Shown here piece after piece: positions 24,508 through 34,200 of a stretch of 64,000 nt of DNA. A program made the position numbers and the translations under genes. Origin of the DNA: Macrostomum hystrix. Lineage: Eukaryota > Animalia > Platyhelminthes. The notes beneath the pieces are model-generated. The model saw only the letters and a program-made list of their open reading frames with translations. It did no database searches and was not told where the DNA came from. The DNA lies in NCBI GenBank assembly GCA_950097015.1, contig CATNEN010000032.1:1-64000 (forward strand). Reading direction: 5' to 3'. Numbering within the stretch: position 1 is the stretch's first letter; the number at the start of each line of letters is the position of its first letter.

Positions 24508-26641
24508 TGCCATGATTCAAACGCTGGTTTAGCCATGATTCAGACTCTGGTTTAGCCATGATTCATACTATGGTTTAGCCATGATTCAGACGCTGGTTTA
24601 GCCATGATTCAGACTCTGGTTTAGCCATGATTCAGACTCTGGTTTAGCCATGATGCAAACTCTGGTTTAGCCATGATTTTAACTCTGGTTTAGCCATGAT
24701 TCAAACTCTGGTTTAGCCATGATTCAGACGCTGGTTTAGCTATGATTTAAACTCTGTTTTAGCCATGATTCAGACTCTGGTTTTGCCATGATTCAGACTC
24801 TGGTTTAGCCATGATTCAGACTCTGGTTTAGCCATGATTCAGACTCTGGTTTAGCCATGATTCAGACCCTGGTTTAGCCATGATTCAAACTCTGGTTTAG
24901 CCATGATTCAGACTCTGGTTTAGCCATGATTTAAACTCTGTTTTAGCCATGATTCAGACCCTGGTTTAGCCATGATTCAAACTCTGGTTTAGCCATGATT
25001 CAGACTCTGGTTTTGCCATGATTCAGACTCTGGTTTAGCCATGATTCAGACTCTGGTTTAGCCATGATTTTAACTCTGGTTTAGCCATGATTCAAACTCT
25101 GGTTTAGCCATGATTCAGACGCTGGTTTAGCTATGATTTAAACTCTGTTTTAGCCATGATTCAGACTCTGGTTTAGCCATGATTCAAACTCTGGTTTAGC
25201 CATGATTCAAGCTCTGGTTTAGCCATGATTCAGACGCTGGTTTAGCCATGATTCAAGCTCTATTTTTGCCATGATTCAGACTCTAGTTTAGCCATGATTC
25301 AGACTCTGGTTTAGCCATGATTCAAACTCTGGTTTAGCCATGATTCAGACTCTGGTTTAGCCATGATTCAGACTCTGGTTTAGCCATGATGCAAACTCTG
25401 GTTTAGCCATGATTCAGACCCTGGTTTAGCCATGATTCAGACTCTGGTTTAGCCATGATTCAGACCCTGGTTTAGCCATGATTCAAACTCTGGTTTAGCC
25501 ATGATTCAGACTCAGGTTTAGCCATGATTTAAACTCTGTTTTAGCCATGATTCAGACCCTGGTTTAGCCATGATTCAAACTCTGGTTTAGCCATGATTCA
25601 GACTCTGGTTTAGCCATGATTCAGACGCTGGTTTAGCCATGATTCAGATTTAGACTCTGGTTTAGCCATGATTCAAACTCTGGTTTAGCCATGATTCAAA
25701 CTCTGGTTTAGCCATGATTCAGACTCTGGTTTAGCCATGATTCAAACTCTGGTTTAGCCATGATTCAGACCCTGGTTTAGCCATGATTCAAACTCTGGTT
25801 TAGCCATGATTCAGACTCTGGTTTAGCCATGATTTAAACTCTGTTTTAGCCATGATTCAGACCCTGGTTTAGCCATGATTCAAACTCTGGTTTAGCCATG
25901 ATTCAGACTCTGGTTTTGCCATGATTCAGACTCTGGTTTAGCCATGATTCAGACTCTGGTTTAGCCATGATTCAAACTCTGGTTTAGCCATGATTCAAGC
26001 TCTTGTTTAGCCATGATTCAGACGCTGGTTTAGCCATGATTCAAGCTCTATTTTTGCCATGATTCAGACTCTGGTTTAGCCATGATTCAGACTCTGGTTT
26101 AGCCATGATTCAAACTCTGGTTTAGCCATGATTCAGACTCTGGTTTAGCCATGATTCAGACTCTGGTTTAGCCATGATGCAAACTCTGGTTTAGCCATGA
26201 TTCAGACCCTGGTTTAGCCATGATTCAGACTCTGGTTTAGCCATGATTCAGACCCTGGTTTAGCCATGATTCAAACTCTGGTTTAGCCATGATTCAGACT
26301 CTGGTTTAGCCATGATTTAAACTCTGTTTTAGCCATGATTCAGACCCTGGTTTAGCCATGATTCAAACTCTGGTTTAGCCATGATTCAGACTCTGGTTTA
26401 GCCATGATTCAGACGCTGGTTTAGCCATGATTCAGATTCAGACTCTGGTTTAGCCATGATTCAAACTCTGGGTTAGCCATGATTCAAAATCTGGTTTAGC
26501 CATGATTCAAACTCTGGTTTAGCCATGATTCAGACTCTGGTTTAGCCATGATTCAAACTCTGGTTTAGCCATGATTCAAACTCTGGTTTAGCCATGATTC
26601 AAACTCTGGTTTAGCCATGATTCAAACGCTGGTTTTGCCAT
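24508..26641. repeat. 23-bp satellite, unit F, with a 788-bp internal duplication
   Basis: Markers TATTTTTGCC at 25261/26049 and GATTCAGATT at 25641/26429. Confidence 0.95.
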
Positions 26642-26883
26642 GAGAACTAATTTCCCCAGCAGCAGAGAACTAATTCCCCTCCAGCAGCAGAGAACTAATT
26701 TCCCCAGCAGCAGAGAACTAATTTCCCGAGCAGCAGAGAACTAATTCCCCCAGCAGCAGAGAACTAATTTCCCCAGCAGCAGAGAACTAATTTCCCGAGC
26801 AGCAGAGAACTAATTCCCCCAGCAGCAGAGAACTAATTTCCCCAGCAGCAGAGAACTAATTTCCCCAGCAGCAGAGAACTAAT
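26642..26883. repeat. Second 23-bp minisatellite (GAGAACTAATTTCCCCAGCAGCA)n, unit F
   Basis: About 10 copies directly visible. Confidence 0.95.
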
Positions 26884-28306
26884 GTTCTCCAAACAGAAGA
26901 GAACCTCCATAATACCAGAATGGAGGCTACTTGCAGGCTACCAAACTCGCAGCAAGAAATGTTTGCCCTTTTTCTTTGACAGGAAACCATTGCCCCCAAA
27001 TAGCATAGAAACGATGTGTCCATCGTTTTACTCAGCCCAGAAGGCAACAAATATCTCCTGTTACATCTCCTGTTACATGTGGCACGGTAGATACATTTAG
27101 AAAACTGTTAAACACATTTAGAAAATCGTTGGACACATTTAGAAAATCGTTGAGCACTTTAGAAAACGGTTTCGATCAGTGTTCGTCGAATAAAGTTTTA
27201 TAATTATTATTATTAAATAAGCTATTTTTTTGATAGAATAACGCTTTAAACAATGCTCAAAAAAAATTTGAAATAATTTACGCTCTTAGCTGCGCTCAAT
27301 ATTTTTTTCTTGCAGTTCTCAATTGTGATATCGCCTGCAGCTATGCACAAAAATATTTCCTTAGTTTTATTATCGAATTCCCGATACTCGAAAAAACTTA
27401 TACTATTTTCTGAAAGGGAGTACAGGAATAATAAAGCTAACAAATATCTGCTTCGACAGTAGCTAACCAAAATCGCTTACTATTTATACTCGAACCAAAA
27501 ATGCCCAAAAAGTACAAATAAATAGGAACTTACGTTTTTAACTGCTGATGATTAGAAGATTAAAAGAAAAAGAAGCAGTAACAAAACCGATGCTGAAATT
27601 CTACCTGCATTCTACAAAAGCATTAAAGTACTTTACTTCGGAGCTAGATGAAAAGAAAGCGGCACAATGATCGAAGTCGAGACAAGGTTTGACAATAGAA
27701 AGGCTGCAGTTTTATGGATAGAAAGGAGGAAGAGAGGTCTCGCTAGCATTGAGCATCATAAAAGCCCAATCATGAAATCTGATATGTACGTTTTGCGTAT
27801 TCAAATCAAATCACTCGATCAGCCAAGAGACAAATTTATAAACGTACGTACGGGTCGAAAAGCAGTGACGCAATCCTATTCAATTGAGAGTATCGGGCCC
27901 TGTTCTGTGCTATACCAATGCACGCGCGGGCGAGAAAAAGCACCGATGCAATCTAATAAAACTGACAGTGTCCGGCCCTATTCTAATTTAACCTTGTTTG
28001 GCCTCCTATTAAAAGCAATAGGAAAACTCGTTTTTCGAATATTTAATATTTTTAGCATTGAAGCAGACTAACGAAATTTTCAAGGTCTCATGCCAGTAAA
28101 ATTTGGCATGTTTAGCAAAAAACGCGATCAAATTTGGTTGAGGCATTTAGCCTGTGTATCGAAATTCCACAGACAGACAGACAGACAGACTTTAGAGATT
28201 TAGTATAGTTGGACTAGCAAGTTTTGCCCCCCTTCGGGGAGCAGAAATATTTTTAATTCGTCCAGTATACACTTTTTAGCAGCTGTATTTTTAGCCTTTT
28301 TTACGC

Positions 28307-29086
28307 TACAATGATCAGTTGACAATGATCCCCCAGTTGATAATGATCCCCCGGTTGACAATGGTCCCTCAGTCGACAATGATTCCCAGTTGATGATGAT
28401 CCCCCAGTTGACAATGATCCCCCAGTTGACAATGATCTGGGACAATGATCCCCCAGTTGACAATGGTCCCCCAGTCGACAATGATTCCCCAGTTGACAAT
28501 GATCCCCCAGTTGATGATGATCACCCAGTTGACAATGATCCCCGAGTTGATGATGATCTCCCAGTTGACCATGATCCCCCATTTGATGATGACTCCCAAA
28601 CGATGATGATCCCCATTTGACAATGATCCCCAGTTGACCATGATCCCCCATTTGATGATGATTCCCCAGTGTACAATTATCCCACAGTTGACGATTATCC
28701 CCCAGTTCTGGTTTAGCTTTGATTCAAACTCTGGTTTAGCCATGATTCAGACTCTGGTTTAGCCATGATATAAACTCTGGTTTAGCCATGATTCAGACGC
28801 TGGTTGGCCATGATTCAAACGCTGGTTTAGCCATGATTCAAACTCTGGTTTAGCCATGATTCAAACTGTGGTTTAGCCATGATTCAAACTCTTGTTTAGC
28901 CATTATTCAAACTCTGGTTTTGCCATGAATCAAACTTAAATTTAGCCATGATTCAGACTCTGGTTTAGCCATGATTTGAGCTCTGGTTTAGCCATGATTC
29001 AGACTCTGGCTTAGAATGATTCAGACTCTGGTTTAGCCATGATTCAAACTCTGGTTTAGCCATGATTCAAACGCTGGTTTTGCCAT
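28307..29086. repeat. Short 18-bp array (28307-28705) followed by short 23-bp array (28706-29086), unit G
   Basis: Monomers directly visible, more degenerate than in B-D. Confidence 0.93.
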
Positions 29087-29487
29087 GAGAACTAATTTTC
29101 CCAGCAGCAGAGAACTAATTCCCCCAGCAGCAGAGAACTAATTTTCCCAGCAGCAGAGAACTAATTCCCCCAGCAGCAGAGAACTAATTCCCCCAGCAGC
29201 AGAGAACTAATTTCCCCTGCAGCAGAGAACTAATTTCCCCAGCAGCAGAGAACTAATTTCCCCAGCAGCAGAGAACTAATTCCCCCAGCAGCAGAGAACT
29301 AATTTCCCCAGCAGCAGAGAACTAATTCCCCCAGCAGCAGAGAACTAATTCCCCCAGCAGCAGAGAACTAATTTCCCCAGCAGCAGAGAACTAATTCCCC
29401 CAGCAGCAGAGAACTAATTTCCCCAGCAGCAGAGAACTAATTTCCCCAGCAGCAGAGAACTAATTTCCCCAGCAGCAGAGAACTAAT
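29087..29487. repeat. Second 23-bp minisatellite (GAGAACTAATTTCCCCAGCAGCA)n, unit G
   Basis: About 17 copies directly visible. Confidence 0.95.
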
Positions 29488-31228
29488 GTTCTCCAAACAG
29501 AAGAGAACCTCCATAATACCAGAATGGAGGCTACTTGCAGGCTACCAAACTCGCAGCAAGAAATTTTTGCCCTTTTTCTTTGACAGGAAACCATTGCCCC
29601 CAAATAGCATAGAAACGATGTGTCCATCGTTTTACTCAGCCCAGAAGGCAACAAATATCTCCTGTTACATCTCCTGTTACATGTGGCACTGTAGATACAT
29701 TTAGAAAACTGTTAAACACATTTAGAAAATCGTTGGACACATTTAGAAAATCGTTGAGCACTTTAGAAAACGGTTTCGATCAGTGTTCGTCGAATAAAGT
29801 TTTATAATTATTATTTTTAAATAAGCTATTTTTTGATCGAATAACGCTTAAAACAATGCTCAAAAAATAGAATAATTTGAAATAATTTACGCTCTTAGCT
29901 GCGCTGAATACTTTTTTCTTGCAGTTCTCAATTGTGATAACGCCTGCAGCTATGCACAAAAATATTTCCGAAGTTTTATTATCGAATAAAACTTGCTGCT
30001 TTACTCGAAAACGAATACTATTTTCTGAAAGCGAGTACAGGAATAATAAAGCTAACAAATATCTGCTTCGACAGTAGCTAACCAAAATCGCTTACTTATA
30101 CTTACTCGTATTTATACTCGAACCCAAAAATGCCCAAAAAATACTAATAAACAGGAGCTTACGTTTTTTACTGCTGATGATTAGAAGATTAGAAGAAAAA
30201 GAAGCAGTAACAAAACCGATGCTGAAATTCTACCTGCATTCTACAAAAGCATTAAAGTACTTTACTTCGGAGCTAGATGATTAAAGTACTTTACTTCGGA
30301 GCTAGATGAAAAGAAAGCGGCACAATGATCGAAGTCGAGACAAGGTTTGACAATAGAAAGGCTGCAGTTTTATGGATAGAAAGGAGGAGGAGAGGTCTCG
30401 CTAGCATTGAGCATCATAAAAGCCCAATCATGAAATCTGCTATGTACGGTTTGCGTATTCAAATCAAATCACTCGATCAGCCAAGAGACAAATTTATAAA
30501 CGTACGTACGGGTCGAAAAGCAGTGACGCAATCCTATTCAATTGAGAGTATCGGGCCCTGTTCAGTGCTATACCAATGCACGCGCGGGCGAGAAAAAGCA
30601 CCGATGCAATCTAATAAAACTTACAGTGCCCGGACCTATTCCAATTTAACCTTGTTTGGCCTCCTATTGAAAGCAATAGGAAAAATCGTTTTTCGAATAT
30701 TTAATATTGTTAGCATTGAAGCAGACTAACGAAATTTTCAAGGTCTCATGCCAGTAAAATTTGGCATGTTTAGCAAAAAACGCGATCAAATTTGGTTGAG
30801 GCATTTAGCCTGTGCATCGAAATTCCACAGACAGACAGACAGACAGACAGACAGACTTTAGAGATTTAGTATAGTTGGATTATTATAAATAGCTCTATTC
30901 AAGCATTGAACGTGTGAGTGATGTCATAAGTTGCCATCATGCAAATTTCAAGCCTAAAAAGGCTGAAACTATGCAGAACCGATTTAGCGCAAATTCACAT
31001 TAAAATAACTTTATTCAATAAACCAGGAGATTGCCCTTAATTTGAATTCCGTGCTGATCCGATTACATAGAACGAGCTCGTAGTGCCAAACAAAAATATG
31101 TTCAATCATGCAATAAAAAATTCTTAAGTTGCAATTCTGTAAGTTCTTTTAAAAAAGGAAATAAAGATTAAAAAAGAGCTGCTCAAACAAGTTCACACTC
31201 GTACGCGGGATTTAAAAAAAATCACACC

Positions 31229-34200
31229 TTACGCATCGCCAGCACTGGTCATGAGACCGATCTGCTGCTTGAGTGCATTGGTCAGTTCAAGGCTCAGTCG
31301 CATCGCACGCCTGCAGTAGCCGCCGAGCTCGCCGAAGCGACCGTCACGAGCCGCAGCCAGCAATGGCTCAGGATTGAAATGCAGCGAAATGTCGCACACG
31401 GGCTGCGGCTCCGTCTGAGTGTCTCCGCCCATGTGCAGCGAGCCGATAGTGACGCAAACCATCGGCCATGCACCTTCGTCTGGCCGGTGGAATCGTCGGA
31501 CAATAGAACGCTCCCGTCTAGCCAAAACAATGACGGACTTTGGCACCCGATCGCTGACAACAACTTTGCCAGTTCCCGGATCCCGAGCCAAATAGGGAAA
31601 CTCCTCACCGTCCGGGAACAATGCTCGGTGCATGTCGGACCCGGCTTGCAATGGCCGGCATGCCGTCAAGCCGATGCGCATGTCCAGCAGTTCCTGATAC
31701 CCAGCCTCTGCAACGAACCGTCCAGCCTCACTGTCATTCTGAACCTCGTCACCAGTTGCGCGCGTGACTTCACTCTCACCAGCAGCAGCTTTCTGTTCCG
31801 TTGTTCGCCCCTCCTTCCTGCGTGCGGATGTGTATTTTTTGTTTCGTTTCTTCTTGCCTTGGCGATTGACTTCGTTTTCAGTAGATTCACTGCGACTCGC
31901 GGTAACCGTATCTTGCTGTATATTCATCACGCCTGTACCTTTGCTGAGTTTCGCGATCTCATTTAGTGAGTCTCTCTCCCCAGGTCTATCCGAGTCAAGA
32001 ATATTGGCGTAGATGCAATTCAGTGGACGCTCATAGACGCGAACGAGACGCAACTCGAGATCATGCTGGAGGTGCACCTCGTATGAAGCGCTGAGTCTGA
32101 CAGACACTTTCCAACCTGTCACAAATTTCTGTTGCACCTCAGTCGTCTCAATGAATTTCAAAGATTTGAGTGCCTTCTCATAAACCTTCACGATGGTGTC
32201 GGTGCGGAGCTTCTTTAGGTCAGCCGCTATTCCCGCCAGAAATCCGACGCCTAGACGATATCGCTTTCGATGGCGTGGCTTTGCAGCCTTTTCTAGTTGA
32301 ATCGGTAACGATGCACCTCGGAGCTTGTCATTTGGGTTTCCTAGACTGACCATTGGCTCATTGCAGGACGAAGCTGCGGCGGCTTCAGGAGCGGCCCGGT
32401 GTATAAACTCGCTTCGCTCACTTCGCTTGCGGAACTTCCGGCCAGCAGCCAAAGCTGCAGAGAGCTCAGAAATGGAAAGGCTTCTCCGACCTTCAGGAAG
32501 GCCGGAAGTTGTGTTTAAAAAGTAAATTCGGCCTGGGCGAACTGAAAACTCTAAGTCGCTTACAAGAGACAATTGAGGCTCAGTTGATTTTGACTGTCGC
32601 AGACGAATGAATTGAGAGCACACGAGATTAAATAGACGACGCGCTGCTTCATCGGCCCAGGTAGCCATGTCGACTCCATCAGTTCCTAACAGCAGAGGAA
32701 CGCAAGTATCATGCAGTCGATGTTCTGCGTTAACTAAATCGAAGTAGTCTCGCAGCTCGACTCTGCAACTGTCCGACAAGCATCGTGTGCCTAAAATTAT
32801 CCCGCCACCCTCCAAGAAGTAGGGATTAGTGTTTCTGTACTTTCTTGTCCAGTTGCCTGACAAGCCAAATCTAGAAGCCAGCTCGCGAAGCTCCGTACGA
32901 AGCCGATCAATAGCTGAGGGGGCTCCGGAAGCTCGCAAGAAAAGACGACGTGAGCCGGTAATCTCTTCGAGGTGCAGAGCATCGCACCCAGTTGTCAAGC
33001 GCAAGCGAATTTCGTGAAACTGTAAAGAACGCATCATTTCGTCGCTAAGAAGTCCAGGTAAACGTTGAGTTAGTCGAACAGCACGACCTGAGCGACCAGA
33101 CATAGCGCGTACTAAGGACAAGAGAGCAGCCGCGTCATGACTGTAAGTGAGACAGCGGATAGCTATATTTGCTAGCTCAGCAGCACCACGAACAACTTCA
33201 GCTGTAATGTGGACCTCAGGAGCCGATTTAACTTTCTTCCACGTGTATCTTACGAAATCATTTAGCTCTGTACACGAGCGAAAGAATTGAAGCATATAGC
33301 TGCCGATTCTTGCAAAGTTTGCCTCGATGTCACAATTCAGTCGATCAACCAGCAGGGCCAAATGCTCTGTCAACGGCAAGTCAATTAGGTCCGGATCATC
33401 TCCATCTGTGTCGCAATCTGGCAGGCAATACAACATCAGTGCATAAAACTCCGCAGTCGGCATCAGAGCCTGAGAGTCATCTGCTGACGGCACAATACCA
33501 GCCGCCCTGGCCCACTGAACCAGCAGCCGGAACAGGGGAAGTCGCCAGGGAGAGCGACTGTACAAGCTCAGCAGATGGCGCGTCTTGCCGAGCCCGATAT
33601 GGTTCATAGTGACATCACACTGTTGACCCTCATCTATGTCTTCGCCTCCATCCAGACACAGGCGACATCGAATCAGAGGAACTTCTCTGTCTAGATGGCG
33701 AGTCTTCTCTAGCACTGAGGCATCCAAAGCAGGCCAAACAAGTGTCTCAAGCCAGTGACGGTGACAATTGACTTCTCCCAATACAGCAACCTCTACAGGC
33801 AGAAATGATTCTGAAGTTGCCTTCGGTTGGGGCAGTACGCACAGATCAATATCGGATACGTTCTCGTCACACAGAAAAATTGATGCTGAGCCATAGACCC
33901 TGCATTTTAGAACTCCGGGACAGTGTAGAGACAGCCGGCCGTCCACCAATGCGGCGGCAGCATCGGCTCGCCCAACGGCATCACGCAAGCCTTGGAGTGA
34001 ATCGCGAAAGTAGGCGAAGACGGAGCGACCGATAGAGGTCTCAATACCTCCTCCTACTTGGCTCCCTTGAAGAGCTGTGTCTGTCAGTGGTGATTGGACA
34101 GTCATCGAGTGTGCACGAATGTCACACAAAACATCGCTTATGACCCATGGGAAGCTGAGACCTCGTGGTTTCATTTTCTGTTTATGCAAATCTTGGTTAC

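Larger units (their letters stand above)
22753..28213 (-). mobile_element. Helitron-like unit F (family-1 3' end, family-2 5' end)
   Basis: Family-1 hairpin/CTAG at 22753; 18-bp, 23-bp and a second 23-bp array; about 1.3-kb unique 5' region ending (CAGA)n-CTTTAGAGATTTAGTATAGTTGGA at 28213. Confidence 0.7.
4991..30879 (-). mobile_element. Head-to-tail tandem array of at least 7 non-autonomous Helitron-like elements carrying internal satellites
   Basis: Plus-strand GA|CTAG (minus CTAG|TC) junctions at 11468/9, 14170/1, 19940/1, 22424/5, 22752/3, 28213/4. Each 3' end has a GC-rich 7-bp hairpin 12 nt before CTAG. The outermost 5' end is A|TC at 30880/30879. Microsatellites (CAAG/CCAA or CAGA) lie just inside the 5' ends. 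No Rep/Hel ORF. Confidence 0.8.
28214..30879 (-). mobile_element. Helitron-like unit G (same design as F), outermost unit
   Basis: Unique region 29487-30879 is a close paralogue of 26883-28213; terminal ...TTGGA|T at 30879/30880 gives minus-strand A|TC. Confidence 0.75.

Noticed and set aside
11531-28743. Many long periodic ORFs (VNWGII, QLGDHC, QLTMIP, VDNDPP)
   Set aside because: Translations of the 18-bp minisatellite, open in several frames on both strands; they shift frame at monomer indels.
27667-30729. Twin 134-aa ORFs (27667-28071, 30325-30729) and twin 72-aa ORFs in units F and G
   Set aside because: Conservation is explained by recent duplication of the units; no Rep, helicase or other motif; the first ORF ends in terminal sequence shared with other units.
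4991-30879. CRISPR-like array
   Set aside because: Monomers abut without unique spacers, there are no cas genes, and the context is eukaryotic.
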